DNA of 64,000 nt from an uncultured Candidatus Saccharibacteria bacterium (GTDB taxonomy: Bacteria > Patescibacteriota > Minisyncoccia > Phycocordibacterales > UBA9973). The notes under the pieces were generated by a model that ran no database searches, was not told where the DNA came from, and was given only the letters and a program-made list of their open reading frames with translations. The stretch covers positions 103,150-167,149 of the forward strand of contig CAZWJU010000002.1 of assembly GCA_964634365.1 (NCBI GenBank). Reading direction: 5' to 3'. The number at the start of each line of letters is the position of its first letter. The first letter of the stretch is position 1. Positions 37,056-47,515 of this stretch are shown piece after piece. The position numbers were made by a program, and so were the translations under genes.

Positions 37056-38120
37056 ATGAAAATAGCCTTATATAATAAGCTTCCTACCAAAGAAGTTTGT
37101 TTTTCTATATCTATAATAGGAGCTTTTGTAATGTTCCCGCTTAGAACAGAGGCCAACATATTGTCGATTTTTGGTCTTGGTTCTACCACAGAAGTATATG
37201 CCGAAACTAGTAACGCAGAGCAAAACTCACAAACAATGCCTATTTTGATGGCTTATCATAGCCCAGATCCTACTCAAGTTCTTATAGAAAAGACTGTAAC
37301 TATAGACGACGGGGCTCTTCAGTCTGAAATTGGACCACTTGGTACACTTGCAGACGTTGTAGAATACGACTTCCCAGAAAGCGACGAGATCAGTCTATAT
37401 GTTGTAAGATCTGGAGATTCTATAGGGGCAATTGCTGAAATGTATGGTGTTTCTGTAAACACAATAATGTGGGCAAATGATCTCAAAAAAGGAGACAGTC
37501 TAAAGGAAGGTCAAATGTTGACAATACTACCAATAACAGGAGTTAGACACGTTGTTAAAAAAGGAGAAACAATTTTTAGTATTGCAAAAAAGTTTAATGC
37601 TGATGCAAAAGAAATAGCCCAATTCAATGGAATCATAGAAACAGCCTCTTTAAGAGCAGGCGAAATACTTCTTATACCAGATGGAGAAATTGCAGCTCCA
37701 AAAGTAACCAAGACCACTAAAACATCATCGTCTGGTAAAAAAGAAAGAACCTGGGGAACAAATGCACCTGAACAAAAAGGTTATTATATAAGACCACTAT
37801 CTGGAGGAAGAAAATCTCAAGGGCTTCATGGTTTCAACGGCATAGATATCGCTGCACCAATTGGAACACCAATATATGCATCAGCAAGTGGAACAGTGAT
37901 CGTCTCTAGATCAGGCGGATGGGGTGGAGGCTATGGAAGTTATGTAGTTATAAGACATGCAAACGGTACACAAACTCTATATGCACACATGTCTAAAGTA
38001 TCCGTACCTCTAGGAGCAACAGTTACACAAGGACAAGTTATCGGTGCTGTAGGAAATACAGGAAGATCAACTGGCCCACACTTGCACTTCGAGGTTCGTG
38101 GAGCAAAAAATCCATTTTAA
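37056..38120 (+). CDS. LysM-domain M23-family peptidoglycan DD-metalloendopeptidase
   Basis: N-terminal TM, two LysM-like repeats (YVVRSGDSIGAIAEMYGVS; HVVKKGETIFSIAKKFNAD), and M23 motifs GIDIAAPIGTPIYA ... HLHFEVR. Confidence 0.85.
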   Translation: MKIALYNKLPTKEVCFSISIIGAFVMFPLRTEANILSIFGLGSTTEVYAETSNAEQNSQTMPILMAYHSPDPTQVLIEKTVTIDDGALQSEIGPLGTLADVVEYDFPESDEISLYVVRSGDSIGAIAEMYGVSVNTIMWANDLKKGDSLKEGQMLTILPITGVRHVVKKGETIFSIAKKFNADAKEIAQFNGIIETASLRAGEILLIPDGEIAAPKVTKTTKTSSSGKKERTWGTNAPEQKGYYIRPLSGGRKSQGLHGFNGIDIAAPIGTPIYASASGTVIVSRSGGWGGGYGSYVVIRHANGTQTLYAHMSKVSVPLGATVTQGQVIGAVGNTGRSTGPHLHFEVRGAKNPF

Positions 38121-38129
38121 ATAAAAAGA

Positions 38130-38580
38130 TTCGAAAGAAAAAATCCCCTCCGGGGATTTTTTCTTTTATTTAAAATAAAAATCTACAACCCGCCTCTGGC
38201 GGGGTTCATTTTTTAATCATTACTTTTTTAAAAAAGTAATGCAAAAACTTCTTTGCATGTATGAAAAATCTAGCTCACAACACGATAGCTCGTTAAAAAT
38301 ATTAACTCGCCCCGCAGGCTCAAAGCGGGGCTCAAACAGAATATTTTTTACTCCGTAACACTCGCTCTCGTGTGTTCACTTACGATTTTTCATGCAAGGC
38401 AAAGCTAGGGTTCAAATACACCAATCCATACTTTTAAAAAGACTAGCGAGTGTGGCGACACGAGCTCGAGGAATTTTCTAGCAAGAAAATATCCGTGCTT
38501 TTTAAAAGTGATGGATAAAATAAAGTTTTCCGGAAACTAGACTCTGAGTTACTGTGGACGTGATATGGGTTACAAAAAAC
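38130..38580 (+). repeat. Copy B of the structured non-coding element. Includes a shared upstream terminator hairpin.
   Basis: ttcgaaagaaaaaatcccctccggggattttttc + atctacaacccgcctctggcgggg... Collinear with copies A and C. Confidence 0.75.
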
Positions 38581-38598
38581 AAAAACCCTTACGGGTTT

Positions 38599-39708
38599 CT
38601 ATTTCAAAGCTTTTATTCCAGGAAGCGTCCCTTTAGCCAAAAATTCTAAAGTAGCACCACCACCAGTAGAAACAAAAGTAAATTTATCTTCCATTTTCAT
38701 CTTGGACACAAGCGCAACCGTATCACCACCACCAATTATTGTCTTCGCTTTTGATTTAGCCAAGATTTTCAGTAGAGCAACAGTACCGTGATCGAAACCT
38801 GCTTCGTACTCTCCTGTCGGACCGTTCCATAGGACAAATTTTGATTTTTTTATTAGTATTTCAAACTCTCTTATTGTTCTATCTCCTATATCTACAATCT
38901 TATCCATCTTGCCCACCTCATCTATGCCTTTGGTTAGTCTTCCCCCGTCTTTACCAGTAACCACAACATCGACAGGTAACAGTAGTTTTGGATTGTTTAT
39001 TATTTTACTTATTCCATATTCTCCTTTTTCTACGAGAGATCTACCGACTTCAAAAGAAGCTTCTTTGAAAAAGTTGTTCATCAGCGCACCTGTAACCACT
39101 ACTCTATCTGCATCCTTTAGAAACTTTTTTATGAGAGGCATCTTTGTATCAAACTTTGCTCCACCTAAAATAAATAAAAATGGTCTTTTAGGTTTGTCTA
39201 GAACAATTGATAAGTTTTTAATTTCTTTTTCAAATTGAAATCCAACATATGATGGTAAGTATTTTGGAATCCCGACAATAGATGCGTGTTCTCTATGTGA
39301 AACCGGGAAGGCTTCATTTACATAAATATCAGCAAAACTAGCTAGATGTTTTGCAAATTTAGAATAATTTTCTTTTTCACCGATTTGTCGACGAATATTT
39401 TCTAGCAAAACAATTTCCCCTTTTTTTAGATCAATAGATTTTGGAACAGGTCCATCTATAAACCTAACTTTTATATGTTTATTTAAAAATTTTGCGACAG
39501 GTAAAAGTGTCTGTGCATCTTTTTGTAAATCAGAATGAGATACGAGTATTATCGAAGCTCCTTTTTTTTGTAGATACTGTATTGTAGGAAGTGCTTTTAA
39601 TATTCTAGTAGAATCTATTATTTTATCTCCTTCGATCGGAACATTAAAATCTGTTCTCAATAGAACTTTTTTACCTTTTAAATTTTTAATACTTTTTACT
39701 GATTTCAT
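38599..39708 (-). CDS. pgk: Phosphoglycerate kinase
   Basis: KGKKVLLRTDFNVP N-terminal motif, and the GGGA/GGGD C-terminal domain motifs. Confidence 0.85.
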   Translation of the reverse strand: MKSVKSIKNLKGKKVLLRTDFNVPIEGDKIIDSTRILKALPTIQYLQKKGASIILVSHSDLQKDAQTLLPVAKFLNKHIKVRFIDGPVPKSIDLKKGEIVLLENIRRQIGEKENYSKFAKHLASFADIYVNEAFPVSHREHASIVGIPKYLPSYVGFQFEKEIKNLSIVLDKPKRPFLFILGGAKFDTKMPLIKKFLKDADRVVVTGALMNNFFKEASFEVGRSLVEKGEYGISKIINNPKLLLPVDVVVTGKDGGRLTKGIDEVGKMDKIVDIGDRTIREFEILIKKSKFVLWNGPTGEYEAGFDHGTVALLKILAKSKAKTIIGGGDTVALVSKMKMEDKFTFVSTGGGATLEFLAKGTLPGIKALK

Positions 39709-39724
39709 CCCAAAATTGTAGCAT

Positions 39725-39752
39725 AAAACCCGCCAATTTTGGCGGGTTTTAT
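39725..39752. terminator. Rho-independent terminator after tpiA (minus strand)
   Basis: aaaacccgcc-aatttt-ggcgggtttt. Confidence 0.6.
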
Positions 39753-39755
39753 GCT

Positions 39756-40520
39756 CTATATAGAATCTATTGCCTCTATTATTTTTTCAAACTCTTTTGG
39801 ATTCAAACTCGCCCTACCAACCAGAAAACCATCTACACCCCCGTTCATCACAAAATCCCGAGCGCCTTTTGAGTCTACTGAACCACCATAGATTATCTTA
39901 GGTGCTTGAGTATTCTTTGCACCGAACTTATCGGACAAAACTTTGCGTATATATATAACCATTTCTTCGCATTCGCTTGGTGTTGCCACACGCACCGCAT
40001 CTTTCCCAATTGCCCACACAGGCTCATAGGCTATGATTATTTTTGATAGATCACTTGGTCGCAAGCCTTCGAGAGATGCATCTACTTGAGTTTTTACCGT
40101 ATGCAAATACCATGCATCTCCTGTTCGCTCTTTCTCTCCCACACATAGTATTGGTGTTATACCAGATTTTATAGCCATCTTAATCTTCTGATTTATAAAA
40201 GCATCATCTTCACCCATCGCTCTACGTTCAGAGTGACCCACAATAGTATATGAAACTTTAAAATCCTTGAGCATTTTTACTGATATCTCCCCTGTAAAAG
40301 ACCCTACCTGGTCAGAGTGAATATTTTGAACACCGAGTGAGCATTTTGTAGAAGAAGATTTGTATAGCGCCGACAAAAAAACAAACGGCGCACATACAAC
40401 TACAGAGGTTTTTTTATTTTTTTGAGATACAGATTTAGTAAGAGAAAATAGTTTTACTGCGTCTTTTAAGTTAGACGGGTTCATCTTCCAATTCGCAATT
40501 ACAATTTTCTTGATTATCAT
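39756..40520 (-). CDS. tpiA: Triosephosphate isomerase
   Basis: IANWKMN, VVGHSERR and AYEPVWAIG motifs. Confidence 0.9.
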   Translation of the reverse strand: MIIKKIVIANWKMNPSNLKDAVKLFSLTKSVSQKNKKTSVVVCAPFVFLSALYKSSSTKCSLGVQNIHSDQVGSFTGEISVKMLKDFKVSYTIVGHSERRAMGEDDAFINQKIKMAIKSGITPILCVGEKERTGDAWYLHTVKTQVDASLEGLRPSDLSKIIIAYEPVWAIGKDAVRVATPSECEEMVIYIRKVLSDKFGAKNTQAPKIIYGGSVDSKGARDFVMNGGVDGFLVGRASLNPKEFEKIIEAIDSI

Positions 40521-40557
40521 AAATTATATTATAACAGAATATGTTTTATGATAAAAA

Positions 40558-42036
40558 TTATTTCTGTTCTTCCCAAAAAACAGTGGAATATTTATCTGAA
40601 GTAAGCGGAAATGATGGTGGTGGTCCATAAAGTAAGTTCGCATCGTAATTTAAATAACGTAGATCGTATCCTGTTCCATCAGTGAAAGCAAAACCATAAC
40701 GAAGATTTGTTGCTATCATACCAAACAAGGTCAGTATGTCTCTTTGGGCTGTAGAACCACAGTTTCCTGCAGACCCTCCGTTTCCATAATAATATCTACC
40801 TGCACGTCCATTTTGCGCAACTAAGGCCGCATCTATACGCAAATCATCTTCAGAAATAAGTCCGACATTGATATTTTTCTGAGCTATAAGACCAATAACG
40901 TCTTGTCCATCATAATTTGTATAAATAAGATCGTTGTTTATAGTTATGCTTCTTCTACTTGCAATTATATCTGGAAAGTGACCAGCGGTAATGGTTAATC
41001 TAGCTGTGTTTATTTGACCATCAACCCAAACGTTATCGTCTAAAAATATAATCCCATTATTAGGAAAAGTATAATTTCCAAGCAATGTCTGCCCTCCAGA
41101 AGATTTTATACTCCAAGTACCCCATCCGTCTTCATTTAATTTATTCTTACATCCATTAGGAACAGCTGTAAGACTTGTAACTTTGTACAAATCATATGTA
41201 TCATTAGTTTTTAATACTATATGATATCCAAGTGAGCCTGAAGGATTGTAGTAATGCCCATCTGACTGAGCATCTGTTTTCATCTGCGATATATTCGCAG
41301 TGATACCAACGAAATCTGCAGTTGGGTATGGAAAAGACCTGCCTGCCATAAAAACATCAGATCTTTCATTTATGGTATTTGGTGGGGTTTCAGCAGAAAC
41401 ATAATTAGTATATGTACCAGAAGATGGAGGGGGTTTCACGTGAGTATGTACTCCAAATTCTAGCTTCTCTGAACCAGAATCTTCGTGATCCGGATCATCG
41501 TAAGAAGAAACAGCTGATGTTACTAAATTATGAGCAAGACCATCAAAACGAACACCTCCATTTGCGTGAATAGGGCCAAATGTTTCAGTTCCCTCACCAA
41601 AACGCATAACATCATTTGCCACAACGGCATATTTTGCCAAAGAAGGTATCGCTAAGTGAGTCATTATTGTACGATATACGCCTGGATTTGATACAACAGT
41701 ACCTGTGGATTTAATTTTTATTAGAGTAGAACCTGTAATAGGGGGGGTTATAGTTAGGCTGTATTGACCTATTATATTACCGTCTTTATCTTTAAAATCA
41801 TGTATATATGGACCTGGAGATCCTGTGCCGTCTTGATAATCTGTGGGGGAATGTGCCAAATGCCATCTATAGTAATCTATCCCCGCTTCTGCAATCTGAA
41901 AAGCCTGCTCTCTTGCAACAAGATGTCTAGTGGCCTTAAGACTTGTGTTAGCCCAACCAATAAATGCATACACAACAGTAATTGCAATTGATGAAAAAAT
42001 AATTGTATTTAAAAGTATAAAACCTCTTTTTTTCAT
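40558..42036 (-). CDS. Large pilin-like / minor pilin-type secreted protein with an N-terminal hydrophobic anchor
   Basis: MKKRGFILLNTIIFSSIAITVVYAF is a prepilin-like leader lacking Glu5. Sits in the T4P cluster. Confidence 0.5.
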   Translation of the reverse strand: MKKRGFILLNTIIFSSIAITVVYAFIGWANTSLKATRHLVAREQAFQIAEAGIDYYRWHLAHSPTDYQDGTGSPGPYIHDFKDKDGNIIGQYSLTITPPITGSTLIKIKSTGTVVSNPGVYRTIMTHLAIPSLAKYAVVANDVMRFGEGTETFGPIHANGGVRFDGLAHNLVTSAVSSYDDPDHEDSGSEKLEFGVHTHVKPPPSSGTYTNYVSAETPPNTINERSDVFMAGRSFPYPTADFVGITANISQMKTDAQSDGHYYNPSGSLGYHIVLKTNDTYDLYKVTSLTAVPNGCKNKLNEDGWGTWSIKSSGGQTLLGNYTFPNNGIIFLDDNVWVDGQINTARLTITAGHFPDIIASRRSITINNDLIYTNYDGQDVIGLIAQKNINVGLISEDDLRIDAALVAQNGRAGRYYYGNGGSAGNCGSTAQRDILTLFGMIATNLRYGFAFTDGTGYDLRYLNYDANLLYGPPPSFPLTSDKYSTVFWEEQK

Positions 42037-42038
42037 AT

Positions 42039-42641
42039 TTATAAGTTATCTTTTAAATTACGAAAAGATACTTGTGTACTAATTGTAGTTGCAGGTGGTA
42101 ATTTATTCAAATCAGAGTCAATTATAAAATTGATTCTGATTAATCTTATGGACGATATAGATACTGGCTCTGGTAATGGATCTGTAGATCCATCATAATA
42201 TGCGTCGTAATAAGAAAATATGGGCACGCCACCGTTTTGTATATTATGAACAATATTCGTATTAACCTCAGACGCAGTAGGATAAACAGCTGGATTACCT
42301 GATGGATTTATAACCCCCTTCTTTAATGTTGTGCCTGATAAATAGTACCTAACACGATCCTTATCTCCATCACTATCTATATCAGAGAAAAAAACAAAAG
42401 ATGTTGCCGTAGCACTTTCTATTGGATAGGCACCTGCAGAAGACGGGGAAGCTGAACGGATTTCATTTGCTATTGGTCTTAATATCTTTCTGGCCTCATC
42501 TGCTGTATTTAAACCGGATTGAAATATTCTACTAAATACAATTGTGTCTTTATCTACCGAACTTGATATAACAACAACCAAGCCTATAACGGCAACAGTC
42601 ACTAAAATTTCTGTAAAAGTAAAACCTTTTTGTTTATTCAT
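42039..42641 (-). CDS. Type IV prepilin-like protein with an N-terminal cleavage/methylation domain
   Basis: MNKQKGFTFTEILVTVAVIGLVVV is the classic G/FTxTE prepilin motif. Confidence 0.75.
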   Translation of the reverse strand: MNKQKGFTFTEILVTVAVIGLVVVISSSVDKDTIVFSRIFQSGLNTADEARKILRPIANEIRSASPSSAGAYPIESATATSFVFFSDIDSDGDKDRVRYYLSGTTLKKGVINPSGNPAVYPTASEVNTNIVHNIQNGGVPIFSYYDAYYDGSTDPLPEPVSISSIRLIRINFIIDSDLNKLPPATTISTQVSFRNLKDNL

Positions 42642-42645
42642 GCAG

Positions 42646-44442
42646 TTATTGAGATATTGCTATCTCTTCTTTTTGCCAATCTTCTGATAAATTGATTGAT
42701 TGTATATAATCCTGATATCCGGACTTGGTTACCGTTATTGTATATTCACCATAAGTAAGACCAGAAAAAGAAACTTGCCCGGGTGGAGTGCATTCAGTTG
42801 TGAAAGTAAATGATATATCAGAAACATTTGGTGTATACAATGAATCTTCAGTATTTAAATATATTTTGTATCTAAAATACCTGTTACCACTTATAGAAGA
42901 ATTTATATTTGTATTTGATACAGTATAGTATGTCCCATCTGTGCCATCAGGTCCAGAAAAATTCCAAGTTATACCATCATTATTGGCGGCAACTTGTATT
43001 TTAACACTATCAACACCTGTCAATAAAGGCTGACTATTTGGACTCCATAATATCTGATGGAAGTTACTAATACTATTAGTATCAAAAGTAGAGGATTCTA
43101 GCCAACCTCCTTCTATATATGAACCAAATACATCTTCAATCTTTATAGATCCAGGAACAGAGTTTGTATCTATACGTCCACCAATATTCATATATTTAGA
43201 ATAAGAACCTACAAGTTCCTGACCAGCACCATCAGACCAATCTGTTTGTGTTAGAGATCCCCGGCCAGTAATTAAAGTGTTATCATAACCCGAAGGACCT
43301 TCTAGACGCACAGAGACATCAGTTAGAGGTAAGCCCGTAGATTGATCTCTAATTACAACAAGTATTCTTGCTGGATCTTTGGGAGCAACTATTAAATCTA
43401 AATCTTGAGAAGAATCAGGGACTAGACCTAAAGTTAAAAGTGGGTTTGTCCCTATTAAATCATATGAGCTATCAGTTAAATTTATATTATAAGTGTCCCA
43501 TTCAAGATTTGATATATTTTTATCTCCAAAAGAATCCGTTGTAAAATATGAATCGTATTTGAGAACATCTGGTAATGTACCTATTATTTTTGACCCATTT
43601 ATTTGAAAATCAATATTTTGTGCAGTTGTACAATCTTCAAAAATTGTATTGGCTTTTATTGTACTTACCTTATCTATAAAAAAGCTTACTTGGGTTATTT
43701 GCTGTACTATAACAGTTTGGTTGGGTTTAGTTGGGTTAGGATTTTGAAGATCACCAATAGGATAAGTCTCTTCACTTGAGTATCCATCCTTAGAAACTTT
43801 TATTTTATAAGAATCTATAGAAGGCGGTGCATCTACTATATTTAAAGTACCGTCTACGCCAGAAAAATCATCTATATGAATCTCTGGTGATAGTTCAGTA
43901 TTGTCAATCTCAATTAAGGCATCTGGGACAGGTAATCCGTTTGCATCGTACACTCTTATTACAAGAACACCGTTAGTAGAAGCTGTCTCTAGGTTTTTAG
44001 GTGCTATGTGTGTTGTATATTCGACAGGTATAAAGTTTTTACAAGTAGAACAATTAATTTCAATTGCTACTAATTTATTATCCGCTGGAGATAAATCATT
44101 CGGCATTCCTCCTAGTGTACCGTCAAAAGGATCATCTATGTTTCTTATTGTAATAAATACATCAAAATTTATATTATCCCTTGTTAATGTTTGTGATTGG
44201 AGAAGTGTACCGGAGGGAATACCTCCGACTGTGCCTATATTCTCGTAGGGCATATTGCGTATTATTTCAAATTGTTCGTTTGCTAATGCTGCTGCTATTT
44301 GTCTTTTAGATAAAACAGATGTGGTTTCAAGTATTTTTGAATACACATTAAATATAGCGATAGAAAAAGCCACTATAAAAGCTACAGCCACCAAAGTTTC
44401 AATTAATGTAACCCCATTATTATTTTTTTTAATTGAAATCAT
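42646..44442 (-). CDS. Very large type IV pilin-like protein (598 aa) with a prepilin N-terminus
   Basis: MISIKKNNNGVTLIETLVAVAFIVAF prepilin motif, followed by a large beta-rich domain. Confidence 0.7.
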   Translation of the reverse strand: MISIKKNNNGVTLIETLVAVAFIVAFSIAIFNVYSKILETTSVLSKRQIAAALANEQFEIIRNMPYENIGTVGGIPSGTLLQSQTLTRDNINFDVFITIRNIDDPFDGTLGGMPNDLSPADNKLVAIEINCSTCKNFIPVEYTTHIAPKNLETASTNGVLVIRVYDANGLPVPDALIEIDNTELSPEIHIDDFSGVDGTLNIVDAPPSIDSYKIKVSKDGYSSEETYPIGDLQNPNPTKPNQTVIVQQITQVSFFIDKVSTIKANTIFEDCTTAQNIDFQINGSKIIGTLPDVLKYDSYFTTDSFGDKNISNLEWDTYNINLTDSSYDLIGTNPLLTLGLVPDSSQDLDLIVAPKDPARILVVIRDQSTGLPLTDVSVRLEGPSGYDNTLITGRGSLTQTDWSDGAGQELVGSYSKYMNIGGRIDTNSVPGSIKIEDVFGSYIEGGWLESSTFDTNSISNFHQILWSPNSQPLLTGVDSVKIQVAANNDGITWNFSGPDGTDGTYYTVSNTNINSSISGNRYFRYKIYLNTEDSLYTPNVSDISFTFTTECTPPGQVSFSGLTYGEYTITVTKSGYQDYIQSINLSEDWQKEEIAISQ

Positions 44443-44444
44443 TT

Positions 44445-45662
44445 TTATATAGAATCCATCAATGAATACATAGGAGATATCATCGATATGGCAAAAAAAC
44501 CTACAGCTGCTCCTATAAGAATCATAAGTACAGGCTCAATTATTGTAGATAGATCTTTTGTTTTACTATCGACCTCAGCTTCATAAAAAACTGCTACATC
44601 TACCAGCATACTAGATAGCTTACCTGTCTCTTCTCCAACCTCTATCATTTCCCCTACCATTATTGGATATAAATCTACTCTCTCTTTAAAAACTGATGAT
44701 AGTGCGACACCTTTTTGAATATCGACAACAGCTTTTTGTATTATATCTTTATAAAATTTATTTTGTAAAACTTCTCCTGTAATAGTAAGGGCTTTTGTCA
44801 TGTCGACACCGGAAATCAGTAGAGATGAGAGGGTTCTTGTTGTGCGAGCAGAATTAACTTCTTTAACTATTTGACCAACAACTGGAATACGAAAAACTAA
44901 AAAATCAAAATATTTCTTCAAAAATTTGGCTCTGAATAGAAAAAATAAACCTATAAAAAATATAAATATAAACAGTAAAGACAACAAGGGATTTTTTGAT
45001 AATGAATCACTAATAAAAATAATAAATTTTGTACTAGCTGGTAAATCTATGTTCAATTCCTTAAAAGTAGACGTTAGTACAGGAACAACAAAAATCATCA
45101 TAAAAATACCTATTAGAAATATAGCCCCTACTATTATAGAAGGGTACATAATTGCACCTTTAATTTTCTTATTTAGATCATAAGTTTTTTGAAGATTTTG
45201 GCCAATCTCTTTAAGAGAATCCGACATGTTTCCAGACTCTTCTCCAGCTCTAACCATCGATACAAAAAGAGTTGAGAATACTTTTGGATATTTTGACATA
45301 CCATCAGACAATGTTCCGCCCTGATCTATCTCTTTTAGTAAAGAATTTAAAATATTTCTAAATTTTTCATTTTTTGTTTGTTTTTCTAAAACTGTGAGTG
45401 CTCTGTAGAGTGAGAGCCCAGCATTCAACATACCACTCAAGTTTTTTGTAAAAATTATTTTTTCGTGAAGTTTTATTTTTCCAAAAATAGAATCTAGATA
45501 TGGTATGGTCAATCCAGATTTTTTGTTTTTTACTTCAGATATAGATACTGGCACTCCGCCATCAGCACGCAAAGACTTTGCTGCAGCAAATTTATCTGGG
45601 GACTCTATTTCTCCAGTTTTTTCCAATCCATCTTTTGTTTTTATTTTATATGCATATTTCAT
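44445..45662 (-). CDS. pilC: Type IV pilus assembly platform protein PilC (GspF family)
   Basis: 405 aa with three TM. Duplicated GspF cytoplasmic-domain pattern. Confidence 0.85.
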   Translation of the reverse strand: MKYAYKIKTKDGLEKTGEIESPDKFAAAKSLRADGGVPVSISEVKNKKSGLTIPYLDSIFGKIKLHEKIIFTKNLSGMLNAGLSLYRALTVLEKQTKNEKFRNILNSLLKEIDQGGTLSDGMSKYPKVFSTLFVSMVRAGEESGNMSDSLKEIGQNLQKTYDLNKKIKGAIMYPSIIVGAIFLIGIFMMIFVVPVLTSTFKELNIDLPASTKFIIFISDSLSKNPLLSLLFIFIFFIGLFFLFRAKFLKKYFDFLVFRIPVVGQIVKEVNSARTTRTLSSLLISGVDMTKALTITGEVLQNKFYKDIIQKAVVDIQKGVALSSVFKERVDLYPIMVGEMIEVGEETGKLSSMLVDVAVFYEAEVDSKTKDLSTIIEPVLMILIGAAVGFFAISMISPMYSLMDSI

Positions 45663-45674
45663 TGTGAAATATTT

Positions 45675-47432
45675 TTATTCTGAAACCACACGCAAAACCT
45701 CTTCGGTTGTAGTTAAACCCTGAACCGCCATATAAAGACCATCTTCAATCATAGTCATCATACCTTCCTTTTTTGCCTGAGCTTCTATTACATCCTCTGA
45801 TGCACCTTTTAAAATAAGCTCTTTGATCGTCGGTGTAACTGTCATAACTTCATGTATTCCAAGTCTTCCACTGTAGCCACTCTCAGACTCTTCTGAAGCT
45901 TTTGTTTTATAAAAAGGTATTGTCTCCCAAGTTGCATCTTTTGGTACAACCCCCTCGCCCTTCAATAGATCGAGCATCCTATCTAGATCAACTATTTTTG
46001 AAAGTGCAGATATCTCTTCTTCTTCTAAAAAATATTTTTCTTTTGTATTTGTAAGTCTACGCACAAGTCGCTGGGCTATTATAGTTTTGACTGTAGACAC
46101 AATCAGAAAAGGCTCAGCTCCCATATCTATCATACGAGGTATCGCTCCTGCAGAAGAGTTGGTATGGATTGTAGACAATACCAGATGTCCAGTTAGGGCT
46201 GCGTTTATAGCAAGAGAAACTGTTTCCGTATCTCGAATCTCCCCAACCATTATTATATCTGGGTCTTGGCGAAGCAGTGTTCTTAGTCCATTTGCAAAAG
46301 TTAGACCTATTTCAGATTTTACTTGAGTCTGATTTATTCTCTGCATTTGATATTCAATAGGATCTTCTACTGTAGAAATATTTACATCTGGTGTGTTTAA
46401 GATATCGAGCATTGTATAGAGAGTTGTTGTCTTACCGGATCCAGTTGGTCCTGTTGCTAGCATCATTCCTGTTTTCTGTTTCATTCCATTGTGTATTCTC
46501 TCCAGAGCTTCTCCGTGAAAACCTAATCCTTCGAGTGTATAACCTTTGGAATTTTCTTTCAAAATACGGATAACTGTTTTTTCTCCATAATAAGTCGGTA
46601 ATGTAGACACACGAAAAGATACTCTGTCCCCAGATTCTGTTGTGATTTTAAATCTACCGTCCTGAGGAAGTCTTTTCTCGTCCAGCTTTAGATTAGACAA
46701 AACTTTTATACGCGCAGTTATACCTGCTGCTGCATCACGCGGCAAAACCATCGCATCACGGAGTATTCCGTCTATTCTATAACGAACTAGGAGCTGTTCT
46801 TCTTCTGGCTCAATGTGAATATCAGAAGTATTTTGCAAAATAGCGTGAGATATCAGCGTGTCTACGATTTTTACTACAGGCAGATCCTCGGCCATTTCTT
46901 TTAGTTCTTTTTCAGACAAAGCTCCTTCTCCACTATCCTCTGAAACTGCTTTCAAAGACGCAGATTCTTTTTTTATAATATCGTCAAAATCTGCTTTCAA
47001 ACTTTTTTTGTATTGAGATAGTGCGTGCTTTATTGAATCAGAATCAGTAAGTCTAGGAGATATTTTAAGCTCAACTTTTTTCTTTATAAAATCTATAACT
47101 GAGAGATCGTCTATATCGAGCATTGCTACCTCTAGTTCATGAGGTCTTTTCTTGTATGCGATTATATTATGTTTACGAGCAATGGTCTCAGGAATCATTG
47201 ATAGAGTTTCAAAATCAATTTTTTCTGTTGCAAGAGATATAAACGGTATACCAAGTACATACGCTTGCATACGCTTGAGATCAATATCAGTAATTTTCCC
47301 AAAAGAAACTAGCACATCACCAATTGACTGATCACTTTCCTTTGCTGTTTTTTCAGCAAGTGCAATATCTGCTTTGGCTACAAGCCCAGATTCAATAATA
47401 AACTTTTTTAATTGATCTTCTTTGATCTGCAT
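45675..47432 (-). CDS. pilB: Type IV pilus assembly ATPase PilB (GspE family)
   Basis: Walker A LATGPTGSGKTTTLYTML, Asp box / His box, and an N-terminal GspE N domain. Confidence 0.85.
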   Translation of the reverse strand: MQIKEDQLKKFIIESGLVAKADIALAEKTAKESDQSIGDVLVSFGKITDIDLKRMQAYVLGIPFISLATEKIDFETLSMIPETIARKHNIIAYKKRPHELEVAMLDIDDLSVIDFIKKKVELKISPRLTDSDSIKHALSQYKKSLKADFDDIIKKESASLKAVSEDSGEGALSEKELKEMAEDLPVVKIVDTLISHAILQNTSDIHIEPEEEQLLVRYRIDGILRDAMVLPRDAAAGITARIKVLSNLKLDEKRLPQDGRFKITTESGDRVSFRVSTLPTYYGEKTVIRILKENSKGYTLEGLGFHGEALERIHNGMKQKTGMMLATGPTGSGKTTTLYTMLDILNTPDVNISTVEDPIEYQMQRINQTQVKSEIGLTFANGLRTLLRQDPDIIMVGEIRDTETVSLAINAALTGHLVLSTIHTNSSAGAIPRMIDMGAEPFLIVSTVKTIIAQRLVRRLTNTKEKYFLEEEEISALSKIVDLDRMLDLLKGEGVVPKDATWETIPFYKTKASEESESGYSGRLGIHEVMTVTPTIKELILKGASEDVIEAQAKKEGMMTMIEDGLYMAVQGLTTTEEVLRVVSE

Positions 47433-47470
47433 GTTGATTTTATTATAGCAAATTAAATAAAATTACTTTG

Positions 47471-47500
47471 TGCAAAACAAAAAACCGCTCGCGCGGTTTT
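47471..47500. terminator. Rho-independent terminator after the Gly-rich secreted protein gene
   Basis: aaaaaaccgc-tcg-cgcggttttttgtttttt. Confidence 0.6.
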
Positions 47501-47515
47501 TTGTTTTTTAAATTT

